Of a stretch of DNA of 64,000 bases, positions 1-12,249 are shown piece after piece. This stretch comes from Batkoa obscura (lineage: Eukaryota). Below the pieces are notes generated by a model, which ran no database searches, was not told the origin of the DNA, and worked only from the letters and a program-made list of their open reading frames with translations. Within the stretch, counting starts at the first letter, position 1; each line of letters starts with the position of its first letter. The stretch covers positions 744,001 to 808,000 of the forward strand of contig JASVEC010000002.1 in assembly GCA_030770535.1 (NCBI GenBank), in the 5' to 3' direction. Made by a program: the position numbers and the translations under genes.

Positions 1-1388
1 ACATCAGCAGATGGAATGACTGAAAATATAATTTGAACTATTTTAGATATAGCACCACCTGAATTTATATTTGTTTGTGCTGCAATCAAAGTTCCAACAT
101 AGGAAAGTAAGAAACTTAAGATGGCACATAAAATAGTTTTACCAATCCCAATATCTAAATAGAAATGATTTACCAAAATGTTTACTACTAGCGAGGTTAT
201 AAGACCAACAACCCACATCCAAGTTGGAACTTGTTCGTTTGGTGGTGCAGGATCATCATGATCTTCATATTCTACATCTTGTACATTTGATGGCGAGAAG
301 CGTCTATAGTAGCAATTCTTTAAAGAAATTAATGGACCCTTCAATCCAGTGAAAACAGTATCATAATTAACTATTAATTCAGTGAAACTGTATGCAAGCA
401 TCATTATGATACCAATCCAAAGATTCCATTGTACAATAGAAGTACCCGTGGGATTCTGAGTAATAACTAAACTCTTTCCAACAATATCTGTTAAATAAAA
501 AACACAAGGTCCAATTATGCCCCAGGCAAGCAAGGCTCCAGCAAGGAAAGAAAATGAAGTATTTAATCCAACCATCATTCCACAACCAAAAAATGCAGGA
601 GTAACCTGTGCTCTCCATCCCCAAATAGCATCCACAGCTATCACACTGGCGTTATTAGCGGCTGATCCAACCCAATAAAAGAAATGAAGGTCCCATAAGA
701 AGGGAACAAAAAAAGTAAATACACGATAAAGTAAAGAGCCAGCAAATGGAACCATCATATACCAAAGTTGTTTGGAAGCATTGCTGCTTGATTTTTTATG
801 GAGGTTCTTAATCACTTGAGATACTGCAGCTGGTCCTGGAAAAGGAAGTTTCTGTTTTAAAACAAAAGTGGTTCTCAAAGGAATAGCAAAAAACATGCCA
901 TAAAATGAAGCTGGAATAAGCCAACAAATTAATAATCCCCATGAAAGATGAAGTGGTGGAAATAACCCTAAGCGATATGCAGCTGGGATAACAGAAGAGA
1001 AGACGACTGTTAATCCAGCAGTTGCGGTAGCAGCTGTTTGTATTGTACAGGTTTCTCTGACACCAAGTGGGCCTCCACCAAGATAAAGTGGTAAATGAGA
1101 CATTAATTGAACAATACCAAAACCAGCAATTGAACCAAAGAAAGATCCTAAAAATTGCCATCCAGCTTTCAAACCCATATATATATTACTTGCACCAAGG
1201 ATACAGCCTAAAAGAGTACCAACAGCAATAGAACGGAATGTGAATTGATAATCTACTATATCTTCTGGAACGTCACGATCATTAATATTTTGAATTTGAT
1301 ATCTAGTGTCATCCTTTTCATTGATGTATGCATCATCCTTTTCACTCATAAAGGCGTCATCAACGTAGCTTTTTTCACCGGAAGTCAT
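1..1388 (-). CDS. OPT-superfamily (YSL-like) oligopeptide transporter, copy A; 5' part only, runs off the window start
   Basis: ATG at 1388 (CAT at 1386-1388). The reverse complement matches 32307-33694 almost base for base: MTSGEKSYVDDAF...QFTFRSIAVG...LPFPGPAA. Intronless. Confidence 0.92.
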   Translation of the reverse strand, partial: MTSGEKSYVDDAFMSEKDDAYINEKDDTRYQIQNINDRDVPEDIVDYQFTFRSIAVGTLLGCILGASNIYMGLKAGWQFLGSFFGSIAGFGIVQLMSHLPLYLGGGPLGVRETCTIQTAATATAGLTVVFSSVIPAAYRLGLFPPLHLSWGLLICWLIPASFYGMFFAIPLRTTFVLKQKLPFPGPAAVSQVIKNLHKKSSSNASKQLWYMMVPFAGSLLYRVFTFFVPFLWDLHFFYWVGSAANNASVIAVDAIWGWRAQVTPAFFGCGMMVGLNTSFSFLAGALLAWGIIGPCVFYLTDIVGKSLVITQNPTGTSIVQWNLWIGIIMMLAYSFTELIVNYDTVFTGLKGPLISLKNCYYRRFSPSNVQDVEYEDHDDPAPPNEQVPTWMWVVGLITSLVVNILVNHFYLDIGIGKTILCAILSFLLSYVGTLIAAQTNINSGGAISKIVQIIFSVIPSAD

Positions 1389-1732
1389 TTTTTAATGATG
1401 AATAAAAATTAGAAAAAAACAATAAAGCAAGGGTATTTATAATCTAATCAAGTTCTGAAGAGCAATTACTTAATTTAGATGGATTTTGAATAAACAGGAA
1501 ATTTATTTTTAGAGGACAGCTAGATATTCTGGCAAGCAAAGTGTGTAAGATTAAAGAAATAGGCTAATTCACTAAATGAGTAAAAATAATAAACCTCGCG
1601 TTTAATTATAATTAATATAAAATACAAGGATATACAGGACAGATATATTTATTTAGTATAAATAAAAGAACTTTCAAAATATATAAACAATGCTTATATT
1701 TGAAATTTTAATTTGTCTCTAATTTATAGACT

Positions 1733-1836
1733 ATATTGGAAGTGTTTTTTGTTTATTAATTTTACTATTAATTTTTTCTCTCAAATTGCACTTAAAAAAC
1801 AGAAAAAATAATGAAACTAAAAAAACACCCTCATGT
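1733..1836 (+). mobile_element. MITE family A (~105 bp), diverged copy in the OPT copy A promoter
   Basis: Internal core TTTTACTA...CTCAAATTGCACTTAAAAAA...AATGAAACTAAAAAAACACCCTCA matches the other copies. It is absent from the paralogous promoter near 31960. Confidence 0.8.
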
Positions 1837-2477
1837 CGTTCTTTTAATAGTTGTCCAATGTTGATTAATTTTGTTAGAACCCAATCCTGAAATAAGGGAT
1901 GGTCTATATTTGTCCTTTGTTACTTTATTGTTTCTAATCGAAATTAAATTTGGAGAATAAATTAGAACTTTGAAAAGCATGAAAATTGTACTAAAAATAT
2001 TATTAAGCAAGGTTGTAATTTTTTAATATCACTGCTTGTTAATGGATAAGGTTCTATTATTTCATACAGCCAAAAGTTTCTGAACTTATTTTCTATTTAA
2101 CAATATGGTTAAAATAAGAGCTTGGATACAAATTTATATGACCAAACTGTAAACAGTAGTAAAGTAATTCTAAAAGGACAAATGTGTATAAATAATAAAT
2201 ATTCTGATATCATCAATCCATAAATATGAACAATATTAAAGTTACTTAAAGAAGAGTATTTAAACAAATACCAAATTGAATATAGAACAATTTTTATATT
2301 GATTCCCCAAAGCCCCAAATAATCCACATAATTGGACTATTATAAATATCATGGTATAGATTTGACTACCCTATAGCCAGATTACTAGCTAGCCAAGCCC
2401 TAGCTTACTGATCAATGGATTTCGCTATAATCATTTAATAAGATACATTCAAGAAAAATTAAACATTGAGGATTCAC

Positions 2478-2699
2478 TATTTTCATTTATCATTTACGTA
2501 GTTCCACAGAAAAGTGAACATTTTGAAATTAATAATATTATACCGTTTGCTTGGAAAATACATTGCGTATTTTCACGTAAATTAGCTTTAAATTTTTCGC
2601 ATTTACGCATAGAAACCGCGCAAAGTTCTGAGCAAATGGCGAAGTACTAATTTGATAAAGCTCTTTTTTGTGGAACTACGTGAATGATAAATGAAAATA
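2478..2699. mobile_element. Putative MITE/foldback element B (~222 bp) with ~36-bp terminal inverted repeats
   Basis: Left end TATTTTCATTTATCATTTACGTAGTTCCACAGAAAAG; right end CTTTTTTGTGGAACTACGTGAATGATAAATGAAAATA (reverse complements, 2 mismatches). Both outer ends are TA. Non-coding, CpG-enriched interior. Confidence 0.65.
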
Positions 2700-3309
2700 A
2701 TGTATTCAAAAGCTTTCTATAGCGTTTTGTTTATTTCTTATGTAATCAAAAAAAATTAAAAATTAAAACCAAAATCAAAATCAAAATCAAAAATGTCTCT
2801 AAATAAAAATATTCGTTACAATTAAGTCATCTTTTAAAAAAATATTTAAAGCAATTGAATTAAATTGCTTTTAGTTATTTTACAATAGGTAAAAAATTAC
2901 TAAAGTGATGTGCATCAACAATTATTAAATTATAATTTTACTTAATAAATCAATCAGCATTTAAAATTCTAGTATTTCAATGAAAACATTATAGCCTTTA
3001 TTATTTGTCACAAATCTACCTCAAATATAATATAAAATGATACAAATATAAAGGGTGATTTACAAAAGGCCTAAGAAACCAACCCTTAGACGCATCTAAG
3101 TATATATCATATATGACCATATACTTTTGTAAGACATCAGTTTTTATTAACCCTTTTGGTACCAAACAAAATTTAAACCCAGTTGGATTTAAATTCAAAA
3201 ATTAAGCTCAAAATCATACCTATGGGGTTGAAAGGGTTGACTAAATGAAAAATCCCACCTATTTGTCAACATTGGAATTGATTTTCTTTAAAATGTTAAA
3301 TTTGACTCC

Positions 3310-3318
3310 AGCCAATCA
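3310..3318 (+). promoter_or_regulatory. CCAAT box (HAP/NF-Y-type AGCCAATCA) upstream of GluRS
   Basis: AGCCAATCA ~80 bp before the ATG. The same 9-mer lies upstream of the EPT/CPT gene (19881) and TCP1 (25331). Confidence 0.45.
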
Positions 3319-3391
3319 ATTCCATTTTAAAAATGACTCATAAGAAAAACCTACACACATTCTAAGTTTACTTTTAACAAAAACCAAGAAT

Positions 3392-5676
3392 ATGGCGGCT
3401 GTAGATAAACCAGTAAGTTAGCATTTTTGTTAAGCCCCGAAAAGACTAACTTTTGCCCCCCAAATAGAAAGACCAAGGAAGCTTTGAAATCGATTTAAAA
3501 GATGCTACTGAAGGAAATGTAGTAACCCGTTTCCCCCCAGAACCCAGTGGTTATTTACATATTGGTCATGCTAAGGCTGCTTTATTAAACGATTATTTTT
3601 CTAAAGCTTATAAAGGAAAGCTAATTATCCGTTTTGATGATACAAATCCTTCAAAGGAAAAGGTAAGTTTTTGAATTCTTTTATTCAAAAGAAAGAGACT
3701 GATATTAATTTTACTAGAGTGAGTTTGAAGAGAGTATTAAAGAGGATCTTTTATTGTTAGGAATTAAAGGAGATGTTATTACTCATACTTCTGATCATTT
3801 TGATAAATTATATCAACTTGCTATTGATACCATTAAAAAGGGATTAGCCTATGTAGACGACACTGATCAAAATACGGTATACTTTAATTTAAATATAAGT
3901 AACTTAAATAACAATTTAAAATAGATGAGAGATGAACGTATGAAAGGAATTGCATCTAAAAACCGTGATTTATCAATTGAAGAAAATCTTAAACGTTTTC
4001 AAGAAATGACTGAAGGAACTGAGTTTGTAAAATTTCATTTTTAGTTTACTATTCCAAAATGTTAATTAAGTTCATAGGGTTTAACAGCTTGTTTAAGAGC
4101 TAAAATGAGTGTTGATAACAAAAATAAGGCTATGAGAGATCCTGTTATTTATCGTTGTAATTTAACTCCGCATCATAGAACTGGGTAAATTATCAACTAT
4201 TTTAGACATGAAAGTTGATAATTAATTTTTATTTTTTTAGTTCCAAATATAAAGTTTATCCAACTTATGATTTTGCTTGCCCGGCTGTAGATAGTATTGA
4301 AGGTGTAACTCATGCTTTAAGAACTAATGAATATCGTGATCGTAATCCACAATATGAATGGTTCTTAGAAAAACTAGAATTAAGAAAGGTCCATATTTGG
4401 GATTTTAGGTAACTTTATATATTCCATAGCCACAAACTTTATAGCTGACTCTTATTTAGCCGTATCAACTTTGTTTATACTTTACTTTCCAAACGTAAAT
4501 TACAATGGTTTGTTGATCAAAATTTAGTAACTGGATGGGATGATCCAAGATTTCCAACTGTCCGTGGTATTCGCCGTCGCGGTATGACTATTGATGCTTT
4601 AAAACAATATATTTTAATGCAAGGTGCATCACAATCAACTCTTATGTTAGAATGGGATAAACTTTGGGCACTAAATAAAAAAACTATTGATCCAGTTGCT
4701 CCAAGACATGTAGCTTTAACTAAAGAAAATATGTAAGTTTTTGTTTTATAAACGATTGAAAGCTATTAATAAGTTTTAGTTGTCAAGTTAAGATCACTGG
4801 TCACGAAGGTCCAGATTCTAAAGAGATTCCTTTACATAAAAAAAATTTAGATTTAGGGAATAAGACTACTTATTATTCTTCTAACATTTACCTTGAACAA
4901 GAAGATGTTAAAGATTTAGTTAATGGCGAAGAAGTAAATTAGTTATTTAAGTATTTATTAACCATATATTTATTATTAATTAGATTACACTTATGGATTG
5001 GGGTAATGCCATTGTAGAAGAAGTGGTTAAAAATGAGAGTGGAATTGTAACTTCTGCTACTCTTAAATTACATCTTGAAGGTGATTTTAAAAAAACTAAA
5101 AAGAAATTAACTTGGTTAGCCAATGTTGAAAAATTAGTCAACTGTACTTTATTAGATTATGATTATCTAATCACAAAGAAAAAATTAGAAGAAAACGATG
5201 AAGTTGCTAATTTTGTGACTCCAATTAGTGAATTTAAAACTAATACTTTTGCTGATCCTAATGTAGAATCTCTTAAAAAAGGCGATATTATTCAATTTGA
5301 ACGTAAAGGTTATTATATCGTTGATAAGGAATATACCGATAGTGAACCCCATCTTAACTTGATTTATATCCCAGATGGTAAAGCCAAGAGTATGGCATCT
5401 AAAGCGGATAAAGAACCAATTAAAACCGATAATAAGGAAGCAGCTGGATCCAAGAAAGCAGCCAAGAAAGCAGCAGATAAAGAAAAACGTAAAGATAAAA
5501 AGAAAGCTAGTAAAGAAAAGGAAGCTGGAGGTTATTTTTATGAAGATGGGATTGCCAAAAGTTTAAAACATTTAAATTTAAAATGTATGTATCAAGTTAA
5601 ATCATTATATAAAAATATGCAAACCCCAGATCCAAAGGATTGTTGTAAGATGTATGTCTCTAAGAGTTATTATTAA
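3392..5676 (+). CDS. GUS1: Cytosolic glutamyl-tRNA synthetase (about 8 introns)
   Basis: Spliced product [17 protein letters not shown]...[19 protein letters not shown] (HIGH motif), [24 protein letters not shown] (KMSKS-equivalent), [12 protein letters not shown], and anticodon-binding IQFERKGYY. Confidence 0.95.
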
Positions 5677-6359
5677 GGGAAAATTGATTGACAAAATCAT
5701 AGAGGAAATAAAAATTGGTTGAAATGATGTTGTATTAATATGTTTCTTTATAATTGTTTATTAAATCTTGTAAAAACATGGATTACAGTTTCTGAATTAT
5801 TACACTATTACTTCTAAACTAATATTTTGCTATATATGCGTTTTTACACTTTGTTATAATAATAAGGGTTATTATTATAAACATTTTTAGTCTATCAATT
5901 ATTTATTATTCTTTTTACTATAAGAATATAATAGCTATTATTATTATAAGCAATCTAACTAATATAAATACGATGGAAGGTTATTAAATAGCTTTGCTTT
6001 ATCTTGGACATGTCTTACATTTATAATTTATATTCATATTCAAGTGCAACATTATTTTATCTTTAAGTCTTTTATGGATAAAATGGAGTGGAAAGATCAA
6101 AGCGTACCATTGGGATTATCTAATCTAAATCAGAACCTTACACTAGTTTTAAATTAATAGAATTCCATTAAAATGAACATGATAATTTAACTCTAATCCG
6201 TTAAAAAAAGTCCAAATTACGCAACAAAAACCAACAAAATATTCAAATATTTAAATAAAAAATAATTTAACAGTCCATTTTCAACTTAGCATCTATTTTA
6301 ATAAATATTAATCTTGGATATAAATTAGCAAAAAAACAATTTCAAGCTTTAATAATTCA

Positions 6360-8912
6360 ATGGATAAACGGATATCCAATATCTTACCCAAATTACGTAA
6401 AGCCTCCATTGATCAAAATCAACATTTAAGTGAAATTGGAACTATAACCTCATCCACTTTTCCTCAACAAAGAGAAATCATCGCTGAAACCAACCACGAG
6501 CCTTTAACATTAAAGGAAAAAGTAAAGTTAACCCAAAGCTATATTGATAGTTTACCTAGTTCAGTGAAAATAATACAAAAGAAAATGAGCCGTAGCCAAA
6601 CGGAAAAATCAATGAACAAAAAGATTAAAATATTAAAAGATGGAAAAGAGAAGATTAAAATTCGATTTAACACCTTATTGGAGATATTGAGTAGGTTTTG
6701 ATATTATAATTTAATTTTTGTTTTTCAATAATTGATTTTTATCTTTTATATAGATGACTTACCAGATTATGAAAAACCCAATTTTTTTATTGAGCATGCA
6801 GAAGCAATTTTTGATACTACTGGCTCTATGTTTTTGAAACTGGTTACTAAAATTAAGCGTAAGTAAATTTATTGTATAAATAATTAAATAATTAACTTGT
6901 ATTAGAAAAAGGCAATTCCAGTATAAATTCAAAAGAGATATTGTCTTTATATAAGACATTTCCAATATTAAAAATGATCTTTTTACACCTTAGAGAAAAA
7001 GTAAAACAAGGTTGGCAAGAAGAAACATTATGTAATTTATATTTATGTTAATAATTTTTATATCAAACTTAATTATTTTTCTATTTATTTAGTATTATTA
7101 TTAACACAATTATTACATTATGGTAATCATCCTAAATTACGTGAACAAGGATTTGAATTATTGTTATTGTGGATAAGTATATTAAAAACACCAAATGAAG
7201 GACCGATATGGTTATATAGAAATAGTATAGCTTTAGATGTATATGCATTTGATAAATATAGTTTAAATAATATAACAAATGATGTAACTGGAGTAGGATA
7301 TAGTAAAATGGGACAAGAATTAATTCATGTAGATGATCGAACACCTTTAGTATTAAATCCCTCACCACAATCTTATCACGATTCTAATAATTTGTTTATT
7401 ATACTATTGAAAAATTTAATTAAACTAAGTTATATAGCTTCAGGATTTACACTAAGTAATAACTTAGATTTAACAGATAAACAAAAAGAAGAAAACGGAT
7501 TTCCAAATGAAGATTATTATCAAGGTATGGGAATGGATTCAGCCTATGCTTCAGTGAAGTTTATGTTTTTGTTATTTCAAAATTTTTATTTAGCTAAATT
7601 ATTTCCAATTAATAATCAAGATTTATTTTCTCCAGCAACTCAATCTCAATTTAATAATTTACAAAATTGTCCACCTTCTTTATTGAGAATTTTTATTTTA
7701 TTTTTAGTGCAAAATTGTTTGGATGATGGCTTTAAATTAAAAGGTTTAAATCAATTTAATATAAACAACAATAATAGTCAATATAATAATAATTCAGAAA
7801 TTCGTTCTTCTCCTGCTTGTCCAATATTAAAGAAACTAATATTTAGTACAAATGTTTCTAGAGATTTTATTAATGATATATTAAGGCAGTCTTTAAATCT
7901 GATTAGGTTTGGTTTTAATCAACAAGCTATGGAAACTGTACGTGGAGCTATATTAATTATTGGTACTTGGTTCTTAGCAGATGATAATGAAAAACCAGTA
8001 TTTTTAAGACCAATAATAAATAATAATAATAATAATAATGAAATGAATACTAATAATAATTATAAAGAACATGTGTTATATTATTTGAGATTATTGCAAA
8101 ATACAATAAATTTCAATATTGAATACTCAATACTAGATAAAATAAAAAGAAATTCAAGAGAAGATATGTTTAATACAACAATATCGGATTATGATACAAA
8201 TCAACAAAAGAATATTGGTAAAGCACATATAATGGAATTGACAGAATATCAAGCTAAATGTTATGAAGAAATATTTTTAATATTTAAAGCAATAATAAGC
8301 AATTCTAACAATTCTTTTGATTTAAGATGTAAACGATTTGTTTGTGAGATATTATTAGAATTAAATGAACAATTTTTATATTTATTAGAAAATGAACCAA
8401 CATTAATATTATCTCATGCAACAGGTAAATTTGAATGTAAATCCAAATGGTTAAATTTTATATTAGATAGTTTACATGAAACTTTATTTTATGCTTGGTC
8501 TTGTTCTAATTTAGATGATAAAAGTTTATGGCTGAGTTACCAACAATCTTTGATTAATTCAACGATCTTACCAACAGCAATTAAACACTGGTGTATTACA
8601 TTAAAAAGAATAACAAGGATATTAATTAATAAATTATATGGTTTAGAGTTAGATTTCAATCGAGTTGATTTATTAGATTTATTAAACTATGGGACTAAAA
8701 AAATAAATAAAGGAGGTATTAAAAATATGCAATCTAAAAAAGAGTTAGTTAAACTAAAAGAAAATTTACACAAAGAACTAAAAAACAAAGAATATAAAAG
8801 ATCATCAAGTCAAACATCTAACAAAATTAATTTAGTTAAAAAAAACCTATCGATTAGTCGACGAGGGAGTACAAAAATAAGTAATAATAAGCTATCATTA
8901 GATGAAGCAATC

Positions 8913-8958
<46 letters not shown>

Positions 8959-10739
8959 GTAACATATTGAGTAATAATAATAGTAATAATAATTTATCAG
9001 ATATATATGGATTTTATCTATTATCTAATTATTATAAATTAATTATTCATCCAAATTTACCTAGATCTTCTACTTCATCTATTCATTCTTCTCATACTCA
9101 TTCTTCTTCTCAAGGTTCTCAACAAACCCCAAATTCATTATCACCAAAAATGACAAATTCATTATCACCAATACAAACAAATGATGATAATAATAATAAT
9201 ATACAATTAGAAAAGAATAACAACAACAATATATATGGACATTGTATATTTGACCATACATTTAATAAAATAATATCAACAGAAATTAATTACTCAATAT
9301 TGAATTGGAATTCATCTGAAGCAATTTTTTTATGGAAAAACATATTATCATGTTTGGGTAATATTAATGAAATTAAATCTAATCGACATCAAGAAATCAC
9401 CTTAAAATGTATCGTTGAAGTATATGATGCCTTACAATCAATTAAATCATTTCGATCCCCACATCAAATCAATATTCCATGTATTAAAGAAATGTCCATA
9501 TGGATTATAGGAGCTTTGGATTTACCCTCAATTTATGAAAATGGCAAATCAATAGCCTTTGAATGGATGTGCCGAGTGATGTCTCATCGTAGAACACATG
9601 ATAAATTTTTATTATTAGAAAATCCATTATCATTTTATCAGCAATTATTGAAAGCATTAACAAGTAAAAATCCCAAATTATTTCAAATTATATTAGAACA
9701 AGGAACCTTTGCCTTTTCGAGAATGTTACCTGGGATTAACTTATTAGCACCAACACTAGTAGATACAATTAAATTTATGCTAGAAGAACCAAAACCTAAT
9801 ATTGCAGGTAGAACTCGACTACCTGAAGAATTAAGACAAAAATGTATTACAATGTTAGCTTCTCTTTTACATTTACCTTATCAATTCAAAGGTATGGAAT
9901 TACCTAATTTAGATCAATTAAAATCATCCATTAAAGGCAGTAATAAACCAATTAAAGTTGAAGAAATCGGACAAAAAATTAAAAGTATATTACATTATTT
10001 ATTAGATGAAGACGAATGGTCTACTCAATTAGAAACTTATCCAACTACTTATTCAATGATTATATGTGCTTTATGTGTACAAACTACACATGAAATAGGA
10101 AACATTAACAATTTAGATAAACAATTAATTAAGAGTAATTTAACAGCAATATTAGATCAACTATATTCAAGCCATTATATATTAGTTAATTCAGCTATTG
10201 ATTGTATATCTTCTTTTGCATTAACATTTTCTGATCTAATTTTAATTGATTCAAGTTATTTAAGATCAATATTGGAAGATATTATCGGAGCAATTAAAGT
10301 CCATTTAAATTTATTAAATAATAATTCATCAAGTCAAAATCGATATGTATTAACTCGATTATTTGCATGTTTATTAGAATGGTTAATGATTTCACCAAAA
10401 AATTTATTTTTAGAATCAAAATTAGAAAAAGCAATACTAGGTATATTAGAAAGAGCAATTATTGAAAATCAAACAAAAAATCTAATGTGTTCTGATGTTA
10501 AAGATGCAGCTAATGTAGTATTATATCAATTAATTAATCATTTTGGTATGGATTTTAGAATTCAAAATCAATTTTCTTTAGAAACTGATTTAATTGAAAT
10601 GGAATATGATACAGAAATATTAAGTAAATGTGAGTTTATTGCATTTAATGATAATGTCATATTTGCTATTTATCCGCCTAACTCATTAGAAAAAAATTGT
10701 TTAAAAATTAGAAATTTTTTAGGTAAATTTGCTTGGGAT

Positions 10740-10781
<42 letters not shown>

Positions 10782-12249
10782 CAAAAATTAATAAGTGAGG
10801 AAGATAATAAACCAATAATAGAAGCAACTATTAATAGGAACAATAATGATAACCAACAAGAAGAAAATGAAATTGAATTCAATTGGAATTATCCTGTTGA
10901 AGATAAACCTAATCATTTAATAACTAATAACGAAGAAGATAATGAAGACAGTTTAATAGATAATTATATTGAATTTGAAGAACCACCAATGTTTGATTAT
11001 GAAGAACCTTTATTAAATAAAATTGATATGTTAGAATCGGCCTTAGATTTTGTTGAACAAAGTTTTGAAGATCATGGATATTCTCATTGGGTAAGAACAA
11101 TACCCAATCGTAAAGTCATACAATCTAAACATATTCAAACAGAAGAAAATAATTATAATAGTAAAGAATATTATAAAGTTCCTTACAATGAGAATAAGGA
11201 TAACAATGAATTCAATAATCTATTAAGAGAACACCAGACATTATTATCATATTTACAAATTATATCCACAGAAAAAATGAATTGTAATAAATTAGTTATG
11301 TTAAAAAATAGCGATTCACTCATAAGAGATTTAAAAGCATTAGATCGCAAACATAGTAGAGAAACAATAAAAATAGCTTTGATTTATGTCAAAGATGGAC
11401 AAACAAGTGAAGATAGTATTTTACTAAATGAAAGTAGTTCTATAGAATTTGAATCATTTGCCAAAAATTTAGGTTGGGAAGTCGAATTAAAAACACATGG
11501 GGGCTATCTAGGTGGATTAGAAAGAAATGGAGTTAATGGAAAAACATCTATCTATTATTCTAATCCAACATTAGAAATAATGTATCATGATATAACACGA
11601 ATGCCCAATGATATTAAAGATATTTATCAAGTCAAAAAGAAACGACATGTTGGTAATGATCCAGTTCATATTGTTTGGAATGAAAATCAATGTGACTATT
11701 CTCCATTAACTATTGGGGGTGATTTTGGTAATGCTCAAATTATTATTCATCCAATGAAAAATCAATTATTTGATATAAGAATCTATAAAGATGGACAAGT
11801 AAGTTTATTATAAATAATAATAAATAAATAAACAAAAGAGAAAGAAGAACTTAACTAATATTCTCTTCTTTTTAGTGTGGTCATTTTGGTCCATTAATTA
11901 CTGGCATGGTAATACCTAAGAATATATTAGCTTCTTTAGTACGTACAACAGCAATCAATGCTTATAGATCCATACTTTGTAGATCATTAAATTATAATTA
12001 CAATGCACTTCATCCGTAAGTTGATTATTCATTTATAATAGAGATAAAAATATAATAATAGTAACAATAATAATAATAATTTATATTTTAGATCTATTGA
12101 ACGATCTCATGAAATTCATGCTATGATTAGAAAACATAAAATTGATGGGGAAGGGTAAATTGAATTATTCTAATTGTACAAATATTAAACTTAATGTTTT
12201 ATTTTTTAGAAAAGGGATGGAATTAATGAAAAAAATTTATCAATTTTAA
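6360..12249 (+). CDS. Ral GTPase-activating protein alpha-subunit-like protein (RapGAP/tuberin-type C-terminal GAP domain), multi-exon
   Basis: Main ORF 7161-11813 ends in RETIKIALIYVKDGQ...LGWEV...GGYLGGLERNG...KKRHVGNDPVHIVWNE. Short 5' exons start at ATG 6360. Three 3' exons (GHFGPLITGMVIP...LVRTTAINA) end at TAA 12247-12249. Contains poly-Asn (AAT)n tracts. Confidence 0.8.
8911..8958 (+). repeat. (AAT)n microsatellite encoding poly-Asn
   Basis: Uninterrupted AAT run inside the RalGAP-like ORF; a similar tract is at ~10743-10781. Confidence 0.9.

Noticed and set aside
379..1161. Cys/Trp-rich ORFs 379-624 and 808-1161, and their twins at 32534-33316
   Set aside because: Out-of-frame shadows of the OPT coding sequence, duplicated only because the gene is.
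3002..3268. 9-bp direct repeat TATTTGTCA flanking a segment with several AACCCT/AGGGTT motifs
   Set aside because: No terminal inverted repeats. It could be telobox-like promoter sequence or chance, and cannot be supported.
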